Assembly (NCBI GenBank): GCA_000708835.1
Contig: DF237137.1
Location: 95,815 to 159,814, forward strand
Direction: 5' to 3'
Length of the DNA: 64,000 nt
Origin: Klebsormidium nitens
Taxonomy: Eukaryota > Plantae > Klebsormidiophyceae
This document shows, in pieces, positions 11,709-24,833 of the stretch. Both the position numbers and the translations under genes were made by a program. The notes under the pieces were generated by a model. That model saw only the letters and a program-made list of their open reading frames with translations, did not search any database and was not told the origin of the DNA. How positions within the stretch are numbered: position 1 is the stretch's first letter; the number at the start of each line of letters is the position of its first letter.

Positions 11709-13947
11709 TCAGCTTTTTGGAACCATGAGTGGCCCGATATTGTCTCCGCTTTCCTTGTTGTGCGCATTATGAGAACCATCACAATGAGGGAACTGCAAAG
11801 AAGAGGGAAAACGGCGTCAGGAGAGGTGAGCAAATGAATAGGTTTCTACATTTTGTTGCATAACGATTCTCCCACGCAGATCTTGGAAGGCAAATGGTGC
11901 AAATGGAAGGCTACAATTCACATCGTCCGCAAGCAGAATGCGTCTAGAAAGTGCGCTCTGAGAATAAATCAGATCGACTGAAGGCGACGTTTCGTAATGG
12001 AATCGTCCCTTTCCCAAGTATGCCGGACAGCACCTATATAGGTCAGCAGGCTCAAAACCAGTCACAGCTGATTTGGCGGGTCGATATGCAAAGCCTCGAT
12101 TGAAAGCTGAGCAACTGCCTCGAAACTACAGGTTCTAGCTCAAGCCTTGAAAAGGGACTCCCACGCGATCGCTTACCGTTTTCGACTTCCAGCACCGGCA
12201 ATACGCCGTTTTGTCCTCCCTCTTTTCGGGTACGTAATCGACCACTTTAGCTAATGTCTGCAAGGGAGGCACGTGACACATCAGCCACGTAGAGGCACAA
12301 CAAAACGTCGAATTGCAGGAAAGCGAAGTTCTCAGCTCCCGGCGTTGGCGTCTTGCGGCATCCCTGAAGGGCAGTTCTTTTTCAATGAAACACAAGAAGG
12401 TTTTCTAACAAACTCTGCCCTTCTCACCAGGCGACCTAAAGAAGATGGTATATCAAAAGGCAAAACCCGAAAAAGGCAGGAAAACGTAAATTAAAGGCGA
12501 AGTAAAGATGGAGGCCACGATTCTCGGAGCGCTGGCTGCTTACCTTCTTGATATTGTGATTGATCTGCACCTGGTTCGCCCCTCCTTTTGCAGCGATCAC
12601 CCCGAGCAACTGGCTCAACGCAAACACGGATAAGAGGTGCACAACAATGAGCGTCCCTAGCAGGGGGGCAAGCTTCACCCAGTCGCCAGTGTCGAGGCCA
12701 AGGAAGCCCTGGGCCGTCTTGGGCAGGGGCAAACCCTGGGGTTGAGAAGTCAAACCATGTTTTAGTGTTCGCGAGATGGCAAGGAAGCGAAGGGGGGGAG
12801 TTCTTAGTTGGTGTAGAGTCTGCAGCGGCAGTGAAATCTTATACTGTGGCTAACTACTAGGAGGTCAGTTTATCTCAACAATAGGTTGGTTGCTGAGACA
12901 GTAGGAAGGAAAATGAATCGGCAGGACAGAACCGCACGGTTGAAGAAAGCGCGGCTGACAGCGCTGGAGAAAGCATGAAAAAGGCACCGTCATTTCTGCC
13001 CCAACTGTGAGATTTAATTTATTCTGGGAACTACCTCAAAAATCTATATGGGGCGATGGTTTGTTATCAGAAAAAAGTCCAGCTTCAGGATAGCAACCGT
13101 TGACTGGACGAGTGAAGGACAACTCTCGGGGCAGAAAGCAGGTGTGATGACCTCCTGAGAGTTGCAGAAATGCTCAGTTGCCCTCTTTCCAAGCATTTGA
13201 TTGGCGCCCGGTGTATAAAGACTTAATCACGGAGGGCCAAATGGTGGTAGCGCGACACAAGGCTTTTAGACCTTTGTTGCAGACCAAATGATAGATCAAA
13301 GCATGTGGGCCATGAATGCAACTAAAAGAATGGGTTGCGCTTCAACCTTCTCATCTGGAGTAGTTCTTCCAGATCAGATGCACAATGCAATTTACAGCGA
13401 GATATTTCCATGCCCTTCTCGTCTGTTGATGATGAGATTCGAGTATAAAATGGGCTCTGGAATCACAACGCCCACAGAGCACCCAACAGCTGACGGAGGG
13501 AGGCGGCATTCAGAGTTCACAATTTGTTCATATTCCACAAATCCACAAAAGCAAAAGTAAACAAGGAAACAAGGAAGCGGTGACACAACCAACACTGTGA
13601 GAGGCTTTCGCACACCAACAAGTATCTATTTGCTCACAACTCAAAAACCAATGAGTCCCATTCAAGCTCCTCAAATCATCCAAATTCCAATCAGTTCTCC
13701 TTGAACACAATAGATGATGCACAGAGAGCTTCCAGTAGCTGTCAAGGAACTCTGGGTGGTTCCCATTACGCATTGCGTCTGACCACTGAAAGCTCCAGCC
13801 GATGCAAGCCTCGCCGAACTTGACTGGGCTAGATTGAACCAGCTCAGGGAGCTGGAATGCTGTAGATTTCACCTTCAGATAGGCAGGCACGTCTCTTGTG
13901 ATGGCTACTTGCAGCCTCTCTACGGCAGCGTCCAGAAATGCGGCCAT
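11709..13947 (-). CDS. CISD2: CDGSH iron-sulfur (NEET) protein, CISD2/Miner1-type, 4 exons (13947-13873, 12735-12544, 12257-12177, 11792-11709)
   Basis: All junctions are GT-AG and in frame: MAAFLDAAVERLQVAITRDVPAYLK|GLPLPKTAQGFLGLDTGDWVKLAPLLG...|TLAKVVDY...AYCRCWKSKT|FPHCDGSHNAHNKESGDNIGPL. The C-x-C-x2-S-x3-P-x-C-D-G-S-H motif is intact. Confidence 0.93.
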
Positions 13948-14429
13948 GGCGCCTTAGACAAGGAGAGAGAAGCGTGTGTTAAAAAGGTTTCAGCAACTGA
14001 GAAGGGAAAACTTTTCGGAAGATGCCAGGACTCTGACGACCATCATTCACAATACAATGCAATCCTGGCTGCAATACCAGCACTGGCCAGTGTCTTGAAT
14101 TTAAAATTATGCTTTCTTCAGCTGCAGATGAACGGAGGGCATGCTTCAACGCGCGCGCGGCGCGGCTCGATTCTTCGAGGCTTAGTAAGTTAGTAGGCGG
14201 CAGGCTTCGACTAAACCACGGGCGAACGCGAAACCTGACGGTCCCTCCATGCCCGGGCGCGTGCTCGCGCTTGCTTGACCTGCAATGCAATGGCGAAGCG
14301 CGGGGTGGGCCGCAGCTAAAACATGGCAGCAATTGCCAGCGTTGGACGCAGAAGGCGCCTGCAGTCCACGTAAAACTCTTTGGTCCTAGCCAAAGCCCGT
14401 CTTGTGTGTCCTTTCTTCGATCCTCTCCA

Positions 14430-17400
14430 ATGCGCTGCAGTGAGTGCAGCAAGGAGGGCGCCGCATTGCGATGCTCCCGCTGCAAACGCGTCTTCTATTG
14501 CAGCAAGGCCTGTCAGCAAAGAGACTGGCCAACACACAAGCGAACCTGCAGTCCTGGGGCCCTGCCTGAAGCAGAGTCTGTTGTCAATCAAGCGGGCACC
14601 ACTGGCGGGGGATCCCCTCAGAACTTGGAAGTGAGGCCAGTGGTGGTGAGGGAGAAGCGGGCGCCCATAAGGGAAGACTTTCCAGAGGGGCTGAGGGAGT
14701 ATGTATATGAGAGGAGCGTTGATGGGGTGGAGGAGAACCTGCTGATCTTGTTGCATGGGCTGGGGGACACGTGCAAGCCGTGAGTAATGCTGACGATTCA
14801 TGTTTCAATCCTAGCAATTCCACCAGTTTAAAGCCCCTTTCGAATGAGGATCTGTCCTTTTCTTCTGCTGCTTGCCGCTGATCAATTGATCAGCATGTCC
14901 TCCGAAACTCTACAGCTTTGAAATTCCCCTTGCTTTTTCAGATACACACATGGAGGAAGTTCCTGACAAGGACCGATTGTGAGCTGTTGTTCTTGAACGT
15001 ATCTCACCACTTTTTTGACATCCTGCTGTGAATTCAGCTCAAGTCCTCTCCTGCTTTCATCAGCCAGGGTCATGCGCACACAGGTTTACAGCGCTTTGCC
15101 TCTTTTTTCCCCCTCATCCGAGGATTTCTTTATATCTCACATCTCGAGATGGACTCATTCCTAGCATCATTGCATCGTTTTCTGCAGCTTCACCACCCTG
15201 GGAAAACGCATGAATCTGCCCCAGACATCCATCCTCGCTCTCTCGGGGCCTATTCAAATCCCCGAAACCGACGGCGGTCGCGCCTGGTTCACCTCTTTTG
15301 ATGAAAACTGGGATCTCATTGAGCCTTCCCCGAACGAGACTCAACGCTTGCACAGTTTACGAGTAACCCGCTCTAAACTAAGCCGGTTACTGGATAACCT
15401 GGAAAGTCGGTGCGGTTGGAATAGGGGCCAGATACACTTGTTAGGCTTTTCTCAAGGGGGGCAAGTGGTACTCGACCTGGCGCTGAACTCGTGCGGTGCG
15501 AATAAGCTCGGGGGAGTGGTGAGTGGGCTGACACAGGAAGTGAGAGTGCCTATTTACACCGTTGGTGTGTCATATTTCGGTAGCTCGGGTAGGCAGATCT
15601 CGTGGGGTGTAGAACGATGTGTAGAGTTGCAAGTAGGCTGGAGAGGAATCTCATTTTGAATTGATAGGTTGAGAATCAATACTTGTGAAGTTTGAGGCAA
15701 GAGTTTAGATAGGAAAAAAAGGCTTCTGACCAGTTTTGTTGGGAGGCTTTTGAGTTTTTTCTGCTGGCAATCAGGAGCCGCCATCCGACAAAGTTTGGGA
15801 TGAGGTAGGGCTCAGGGAGATGAAAAGGAGAAAGTAAGTGACAAGAAGCAAAATTTGGAGAGCTGAAAGGCAACTGGTAATCGGGAGTCCTTACAGCAGG
15901 ATTGGTTGAAAGACACTGGTAATACTGAATGGATTGAAATCCAGCTTTGGACCTAGTTATCGAGGGCGATTTCACGTCCATGACCATGCTTTGCAGGTCG
16001 CCCTGTCTGCAGCCGTTCTTCCAGAGGCGATCATACAAGCTTCGAAAAGCGATGTGAAGCCGTGTCAAACGGTGAGCGAACCAGTGACGCGTTTTTCGCA
16101 AGCCTTTTGCTTTTGTCAATGTGCGTCATGCACAAACCACGAACTTTCACCTGTAGCTCTATCAGAGTTCTATCGCTGCGAGTTGAGGGAGAATCAAGAT
16201 AGAGTCTTTATGGAGCTCTCGTTTAGAGATCTCCTCTGTTTTGTGGGCCTCGTCTTCAAATCATCCTGTTACCGTTCTGGCTGCTTTTTGCAACTTCGTT
16301 CGTTAGAATTCAACTTATGATCAGTCGCAGCCCGTTGGATGTAACTGGTGACGCCCTTGCTGCAGGCTTGTACGCCGGTCTTGGCTGTGCGGGGCACCGC
16401 CGACGACGTTCTCAGCAAAGCTGACTGGCAAAGGTAAGAGCAGTCTTCTGACTCTGAACTGATTGCCGCTGCATTCGTGGCTCCTACATATACTGGGATG
16501 TCGGCTTTCAGTTGCACTTGCCGTTTTGACCAGATACGAACATCCTCAACTTCGGATGCTTAGCCGAGGATGAAGTTCATTTGTTGATATGGTTGTATTG
16601 CCTGCCTGCATCTCAAGTGTGAGTATGATTGCCTCGTTTGCCTTTACTTGAAAGCCGGGCAATTTTCTCAAGAGATATACGGGCTCCACTTCACTCTTAC
16701 TCCCTTCCGAACGCGCAGGTCTAATGACTACTACCGTTCTTGCCATCCTGCGGCGGACGTACAGGCGACAGAAGTGCGCAAGGTAAAGTCGTGCTTCGTT
16801 GGTCCATCATGTCACTAGCCGAAAGATGGGTGCGCATCTGTTGATCGATTCTGCAAATTTTCGAGAGTTATCTTCTTCGGACGTAGCTCTGTCTCCGGTT
16901 GCTTTTGACCCCAAGCGGAGAGCTTCCTTTCAAGCGATAACTATGCTGGCTGAGCTTCCTGGATGTTTTTGCTCGTTGTTGCCTCTGTTACGGTGCGAAA
17001 GAGGACGCTGACGTGTGCCCTAACTACGCCGAAACTCGTTCCGCCGTCGTTCCGACAGGTGTCTGAGATCGTCCCCTTTTCCGTTCTGCCTAGTACGAAC
17101 GTCTTGAGCTTTAACTTATGCTCTCGCTGTTGATCATAAATTCTTACTGTCGACCTGTTATGCAGAAAAGCGGCCAGCTTTTCGCTTCATCTGATTCGAG
17201 TCGGCCGTCGCATGTACGTAAAATGGATTCCTCTCGCTCTCTGTACCATACATAAGCTGACATTTCACATGTAGATGTTTAAGGAGTATCTCGCAAATGT
17301 TTTGACGGTACCTTGTTCTGCGACAACCTTTGGCTTCTCTTGCTCGATCCGCAGGGCCATCAGATGGTGTCCAGCGAGGCGGAGATGCGCATTCTGATGG

Positions 17401-17567
17401 AGTTCTGGGCGAAGACCCTGACCCGGCGGTCCGCCCTGGAACGAACAGAAGGTCTTGTAGAAGTCACGGGGACCAACGCCACGGAAACCCTAGAGTCGCT
17501 TAGAAATAGGGGAAAACCGGATCGTTTGAGAACGGATATCGTAACCTTGGCTGATAGTCATATTTAA
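14430..17567 (+). CDS. MYND zinc finger + phospholipase/carboxylesterase (acyl-protein thioesterase-like alpha/beta hydrolase)
   Basis: CSECSKEGAALRCSRCKRVFYCSKACQQRDWPTHKRTC (MYND). Hydrolase motifs LLILLHGLGD, GFSQGG (Ser), RGTADD (Asp) and K|GHQM (His) across about 6 exons with GT-AG junctions. Confidence 0.88.
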
Positions 17568-18394
17568 CCCGCTGCGAGCTATTTGGGCATCCTCGGTAAC
17601 GACTTCCATCAGTCACGACTCGGTCGCTGACTTCATCAGCATGTGCTTCACGAGGGTTTCTGTAGCGGTGAATGCGAGAGCAGCGTGTAGGCAGAGTATA
17701 CGCACGAAGCTATGTGCATGATAGAGCAGTCTGGTTGCGAGCCACGTACATAGTGCACATACAGGCCGGGTCAAAGTATGGCGGACGCGCACTTTCCGGT
17801 CGTTCCTTTCGTCCGCTCGTCCGCTCGTTCGTTCGTTCCGCGTTGACTTCCGTTCGAACCGGTGCGTAAATCGTAAGATTGTGGAATCTGCACAGCCAGC
17901 GTCTGCCCATGCAAATTGCATGCTTGAGCGGATTTACATGCCTGACCATGATGCACTTGGATCGATGCGATCGAGCCTGGGGTCCAGCTGTGCAAAGCCA
18001 TGCACTCAATGCGGCCTAGTGATCATGCATATGCGCATTGGTATGTGACGGTAGGTGCATGTGACATTTGGCTGATTTGCATCAGGAATGGTTTGCACTA
18101 TCTAATATTTAAGCTAGGATATATTTTGAAGGAAAACAGTTACTACGTAAATCCGCAACGAGCACTGCATGAAAATACCGGCCGCCATGTTGATATACAT
18201 GTGTGCATGAGATGCACCCAGATACACTGCAGGATCGATGAGACGGCGATCATTGCATTAAATTGGCATCGTCTATGTTTGGCAGCTCAATCTTAGCTCA
18301 ATAACAACGTACGGCCACTTTAGAATGGAGAAGGCCACTAAAGTGCAAATGTCTAGAAAGTACGTTCGCTACTTAAGCTTCCCGTTCTAGGTCT

Positions 18395-19678
18395 TCAGCG
18401 CCCAGTGCATTCGACCGTCCCGATTGGCAGCTGATAGCTCGCGCAAGACAGCCGCAGGACTTGACGACCCTCTGCAAACACAGACTCTTTCACGGGTAGC
18501 ACCAGGGAGACCAAGAGCTTTCTTTTCAAACCAGGAAAGTTCCACTTCCTGGCATGATCGGGCGTTTTGCCAAACCAGTCGCAGGGCCCATAATTGCGGT
18601 AACTGGGAAGGATCCCTTGACAAAGAACGGAATCGATGGAGCTCATCTGGGTTCCGTGGAAGACGAGGGGAAGAGGCCGGAAGCGCTTGCTGCGGAACGG
18701 AATGAAACAGCAAGCGCATCTTTCGAAACAGGCACCTGCAGCCAGAAAGAATGATCGCGTCGAGTTTCAGGGTCCCGGGTGTGAAGACATGCAGGGCTCA
18801 GAGAAGTGTGACATGGATGTGAAACGAGAATGGCCTTTTGTTTAATAACGTACAGAAAAGACTAAGTGGGCTTCGTTTGATATACGCTTCGCTCAGGATG
18901 AAGGTAAGTATCAAAATCAGGTCACACCAGAAGTTCGTACCACGGTATTGAGACGGCCTTCATCCACGTCATGCTCCTTTCGTCAGGAAAGATCTCCGCA
19001 CGAAAGGTAGTACTTTCCAAAGTCGCCTGATCAAGAATCATAATACGAGGTCAAACGGTGACATGTCATACTATGTCCATACTGCTTAGTAAGCGATGAG
19101 TATCAAATAGCAAATCGTCCTCCTCAGCACTGACCTGTGACTTTGTAGTGATGCTCGCACAGGCGCGCGAGGAAACGATCGTAAAGGGGCCCGGACAGAG
19201 CGTACGGATTCAGAACAAAACTGGACGGGTCAATTTCTTCGGACCACCGGGACAGGCGCTCCCGGATGCTGTCTTCGGACAGGTGGCGCGCGAGTACTTC
19301 CTTCACTTCCTGCAAAATCAAGGCCGTTTCGCCGGTAGATAAATCCGTGCAAGGCAGCACGATGACGTGGTTCTACTTTGTCTGGGTTGGCGCTGCTTTC
19401 TCCTGATGAAGACATGCAGGTTTCGCGGAGCATAAGATTCGGGCTCGCAAAGTCGTGCTGGCTAGCTGGGTTTGTTCAACGGAAGTGGATCCGCCGCCAC
19501 TTTGAGACAAAGCTTCTCAGGGCAACGTAGGGGCCGGGGCAGGATAGCAATGCCTGGTCGTCCGATCAACTATAAGGTGAAAAGTGTCTACTCCCACCTC
19601 TTGTTCTTCATCATGTTGCTTCCTCTGGCACCCATTTCGCTCTGGCCCCTTGGTTAGCGGCCGGTGCCCCCGTCTCAT
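18395..19678 (-). CDS. PARP-fold ADP-ribosyltransferase-like protein, paralog 1 (exons ~19678-19598, ~19308-19135, 18735-18395)
   Basis: LSEDSIRERLSRW..SFVLNPYALSGPLYDRFL, then LVFHGTQMSSIDSVLCQG..CDWFG..LLVSLVLP..SYQLPIGTV. The first exon is tentative. Confidence 0.72.
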
Positions 19679-20303
19679 TCAGACCCGTTACTTCGGGAAT
19701 TGTCTTGTCCTTGGACATGCTGCTTTTGTTTAAGGAGACAACGGGGCAAGCGGCCGGTAAAAGAGTCCACACGAAAGTTTTGCAAACATTAGGACGCACT
19801 TGCCCACGTCATGAAAGAGTAGGCTTCCAATCTTTGGACTGGCCTCTTCTCGACAACGGGCAAACCTGACCGGAACCATGATTCCGGCACGGAAGAGCTA
19901 CGACGCCTTCTGCTTTTGCCACGTGGCAAAGGATCGCAGCCGCTGGGAGCGCGCCCGAAACCAGTCAAAAGGTATGTACCGTATAGTAGCATCGGGGCCA
20001 GGTCGAAGCGAAGTCGAAGCGCGACCTTTTCGCACCGTCTCTTAAAGCGCGAACTGAACAAAAGTTTCTGCACTTCGCAGAAGAGCGTGCGTGTCAAGAA
20101 GGCGAGACGCCTTGCTAGAGCGCCTTGTTTTCAAGTTGTGCCTTATTGAAAGTCGGTTCTCCTGTGAATCCTTGCATTGCAGAGCTGGAAAATGACAGCA
20201 GTCTTCGGACGTCCTTGTCCTGCGTGAGGGTCTGGAAGTGAGCACCTTTGAACAAAGCCAGCTTGTCTGATGTCAGTCTCTTGAAATACATACGTATACA
20301 AGG

Positions 20304-22043
20304 ATGGGGCTAGTACCAGCTGGGAAAAAGAGATACGTGTGGCCATGGTGGAGCAAGAAGGCGGACCCGGAGCTGGAGGTGAGCAGGAAGCGGTTAAGAT
20401 AGCCCTCCAACCGGTTTGGAAGTGGTCAAGCCTTTGGTTGCTAGCGATCTGCCCATGGTAGAGCAAGAAGGTGGAACCGGAGCTAGAGGTACTAGACAGG
20501 GGTCGTTTAAGATAACCTCCAACCGGTTTGGAAGTGGTCAAGCCGTTGGGTGCTACGCAGTCGAGTGGTCTGATTGAGATTGAAAGACTTGTAAGAGTTC
20601 AAAAGTTGCCCGAGACTGCTGTTGTTACTCCAAGATACTCGCTTTTATCTTCCAGATATTGTCTACACGTGTCTGAACAAGCTGAAACTTCTTTCTACGC
20701 CAATTTTCGCAGATAGCGTCTCAGATAGTCTTGACCGTACTTCTTGATCTAGTGCACATATAGCTCTGTGAGTAGTAAGCCTTGCAACCAGAATCAAGAC
20801 CTAAATAAAAGCTTTGCGCTCCGCACCCGAACCCACGCTAACCCCCTAGCCAACCCCACCCGTTGTATGCTAGCACAAAACCCTTATTTTTCACTGAGCT
20901 TGCTGTCCATTTCTCGGTTAGAAACCGGGATCGTTTTCCGGCTTGCGCCTCTCAGGAACTGAGGAAGAAACTCGCGGACATCTTGTCCGAGGAGAACGTC
21001 CGGGAGCAACTGTCCGGGTGGTCCAAATCCATCCAGCTGTCCTCCTTCGTTCCGAACCCGCACGCGCTTTCTGGGCGTCTCCACGAACGCTTCCTTGCCC
21101 GCCTTTACCAGCACCGCAAAAGAGAGAAAGGTACGTGCTGACCCAAAAGAGTGCCGTGTGATTTTAGAGTCTGTAGAAGATGCAATGCTCGGGCGTCGTC
21201 AGTTGTCGACTGGGGAAATCCTATACAAATTGGTCAAGACCGGAGTACAGCATGCTTTCATACAGTCAGTTCGGGTTCGACCACCACAATTCTATCACCT
21301 CAAGCAGCCGTGGTGTGATTGGTTACAGACTCTACTTCTCGCACAATGGGAGCTTTGTTCTTGAGCGACATATATGAGCAGTGCGTTCATCGGAATTGTC
21401 CAGAAACTTCGAAGCACCTTGCACTCTCCACCAAAAATAATCATGTGATGGAGATCTGACCTTCCGTTCCAGTCTCTTCCTCAGCTCACAGGGGTATTTG
21501 GCGGTCAATTACCATAGTCGGTTACGGGCTGGTTCGAAGCTGGTTAACTGTCCAATGACCAGGATCGAGCCGTAACCAGGGCTTGAACATGGCTATTACG
21601 CGGTTATTGGTCAAAGGACCATACGGAAGACGGGTTAGCGAACATGGTTAGCAGCCAAACCTTCCTGTGCAGGTAGCAGCGCGTCCTGCTTCTCCGGCTC
21701 CTCGAGCAACGAAGACAGCTTCTCCCTCCTTCGCTTCGTATTCCACGGGACCCACAAGCGTAACTTGGACTCGATTCTGCGCAACGGTATGATACGTTGG
21801 TATCAGACCAAAGGGTGCGACTGGTTTGGCCTTAACCCAGAGACGTCCAAACCCTACTGCCGCAATCGCTTTGAAGGCACGCTCCTGGTCTTCCTAGTTC
21901 TTCCGGTTAAGCGGGCTGTGAAGCGAGACGATACGGACGTTTTAACGATGAGGTATGCAAGCTACCAACTGCCAATCGGGACTGTCAAGTGGGTTTTAGA
22001 CGCGAAGCGGCAGAATATACTGAAAATCGTACCATTTTTTTGA
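20304..22043 (+). CDS. PARP-fold ADP-ribosyltransferase-like protein, paralog 2 (exons 20304-20378, ~20956-21130, ~21677-22043)
   Basis: LSEENVREQLSGW..SFVPNPHALSGRLHERFL, then FVFHGTHKRNLDSILRNG..CDWFG..LLVFLVLP..SYQLPIGTV. Confidence 0.72.
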
Positions 22044-23169
22044 GACTTTGAGACTTTGCTGCGGCTGGGGTTGGATAGGGCCCCAATGGTTGTTTGGTTG
22101 CAGACACCAGACAGTGTGTCTTCAAAAGCTGTTCCAAAGTATACTGATAATCTGGATACAGGCGGATCAAATTGCAATCTATGAGGAGAGACTCGGACCT
22201 TCAGACGTATCTACAGAATGATAAAACTTCTACTTATTCAAGAGCCTATGTCAGGGGTTTCGAATACCTGATGAGGAGCGATAAATATGGTCAGACTCGA
22301 ATTGCACGGTACGGTCAGCTAGTCGTTTCACGTTGGATTCATCGACCTCATAGAAGACGATGCATGTTCAACTTTCGCACAAGAAATGATGCATAGAAAA
22401 AGCTCGCGGAGAAGAGCCTTCGAAGGAAGAACAGCAAAGGATGATCCAATTACCATATCAGAAGGACAAACGCTTGGGGCTGCCAGCGTCTGGCGCATGA
22501 TTGCAAGTCAAAATCGAACGCGCCTCATTCCGTGGCAATTATAAGCGGTTGCTTTGATTTGAGGTTAAAAAGCTTCCGGCTCCGATTTGTCATGAGTTCA
22601 AGTTATATCAAGACCGATATCAATGACACGTAAACCCTGAGATTTGCCAACTTCGAAGCTGTGCACACCCCAAATCATCTTGCTAACCTCACCCGTCCGA
22701 AACAAATCCTATAACACTAACTAATCTCGAGACCAATCTGGACCGAGCTTGGTCACATAAAGCTGTAAAGACGTCTTGACGAGTCGCTCCGTTGAAATGC
22801 TCCGTTCCGGTCCCCTGGACTCACAAGGTGCTCGTGAATACCGGTGGCTACGCGACGCGCCGGAACGGAACCGTGATCGTCCGTTCCGCTGTGATTTGTT
22901 CCATAGTGCCGCCGGAACCTGTCCCTGGAGCAATGCGAGGAATTATCGGCGACTCCCCCGACTCACATCACTTGGTAAATCGGCTTGAATGGCGGCTCTA
23001 GGCTCTATACAAATTATCTCCTCTTTTTTGCGAGTTTATAGCGCGAGTTTTGCTCTCTGCTTGCTAGCTTTGACGCGCTGATCATTTTCCACGTACTATC
23101 GTAAGCTTTACTTCCGAGTTGAACAAACCCAGCTGGCTAAAGTTTTGAGGCACCTCACGCGCGGGGGTG

Positions 23170-24833
23170 ATGGATCCAGAGGGGCAGGAAAAAGCGGAAG
23201 GACAAGAAGATACCAAGAGGCGCAAGAGCAAGGAGGAACGCCGGAAAGAGGTGCGCTACTGCTTGCGCCCTCCAACGTCTTTTGTTTCGAGGTTCGATAG
23301 CTTCTTCGTATTATGTTGTACAGAACCCAAGACTTTGTTCAAGGTCCTCACCTTTTCATTGGAGCCCACCAAGTTCAACAAGCCATGATATTGTGGTATG
23401 TTATTTAGCTGCCCAAAACTTGAAGAGGCCCAACATAATAAGAAGAACTGTACTATAGGACCCAAATGATCTCTGTAGCCCCTGGGCACATGAGGCAGGA
23501 GCGCTAGCGTGTCTGTAGTTCGAAAAGCGTCTCTTTGCCATGAATGGACAAGTTTAAGCCTACTCACTACATTGATTCCTGTGTTGCCTTTTTTCCTTCT
23601 TAAAGAAGCTCCAGAAGATGCTCGCGCACATGCTGTCCGAAGAGAATGTCCGGGAACAGCTGTCCGCATGGCAGAACTGCATCGACCCGGCCTCGTTTGT
23701 CCTGAACGAATTCGCGTTCTCGGGGCCGCTCTACGGCCGCTTTCTCGAGCGCCTGTACGAGCACCGCCGAGCGATTAAAGGTGGGTGCTGACGTCAATTG
23801 TGACGTAGGAGCTTCTCGTTGCCATTATAGTAGCTGCACTGTGCCGACGCTAACGCGCCGCTTGCGTAACCTTCTGCTCATATAACGCTTATTTTTTCCA
23901 ATCCTTCGAACACCATCAAGCCAGTTGTTTGTCTTCAGGTGAATTGCTACCGGAAAGCCTCTGAGCCTTAACGCAAGCATGCGGGTATGACTCACTATTC
24001 ATGACATCATCAACAAGTCGCCGTGTTCTCTGAACGTGACTCAACCCTTTCAATCAACATTCGTCCTTGAGGTAGAAAGAAGACGAGAATTTGCACTGTG
24101 ACCTTTTGGGGCAATTCATTTGCAGTGAATGGGAAGGGCGGAGTCTATCGCGCCTAATCACAAGTGTCACAATTTGGGGGAGCATCACATCCACTGTGTT
24201 AAAAGTCGAAAAGGGTTTGATACTGGACACATTTGAAACCCTGGTTGGAAAGTACTGCGAATATTGCCAACGGACTTTCTGCCCGGCACAAGCACCCAAC
24301 TCTTGTGGAACTAACACTAGGCATCATATTACTTATCGCGAGTCTTGTCTGAAGTACGCATCATATTAGTTATCGCGAGTCTTGTCTGATTTGGCTCAAC
24401 ACCTGGCACAGACGGCTGACAACCTCTCCGCTCTTCCTGCGCAACAGCTCCGATTGCAAAAAGGAGCATCTGGCGCTGCTTTGGGAGTCCCAGAAACGAC
24501 GCGGCTCACCCCTCCTTGCTGCGCCTCGTTTTTCACGGGACTCCCGACCAGAACGTGGAGTCCATTCTGCTGCTCGGAATGCGCCCTTCTAAACGGCGCG
24601 CAGACCGACGGTGCGACTGGTTCGCTTACGAGCCGGCGTTTTCCAAAAGATTCACCGTTTGTAAAGAGACCAAGACTCGGGGAAAGAGGCTCCTGGTGTT
24701 CTTGGTGTTACCGGTCAAGAAAGCTGTGCTCCATAACAGCAATATGGAGGACGTACTCACGATGAAACATGCGTCCTACCAACTGCCCGTCGGAACGGTT
24801 GAGTTTGTGCAAGCGCCCGCGGCGCAAACCTGA
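23170..24833 (+). CDS. PARP-fold ADP-ribosyltransferase-like protein, paralog 3 (exons 23170-23250, ~23608-23780, ~24448-24833)
   Basis: LSEENVREQLSAW..SFVLNEFAFSGPLYGRFL, then LVFHGTPDQNVESILLLG..CDWFA..LLVFLVLP..SYQLPVGTV. Same intron phases (0, 1) as paralogs 1 and 2. Confidence 0.75.

Noticed and set aside
17690-18300. CATG/TGCA-rich segment with (gttc)n, possible MITE; a similar low-complexity tract lies at 44880-45170
   Set aside because: No TIR pair or second copy was identified, and both may simply be 3' UTR or intergenic sequence.
21130-21364. Intronic ORF in ART paralog 2 containing CDW
   Set aside because: No other ART motifs align, and it lies inside a well-supported phase-1 intron.
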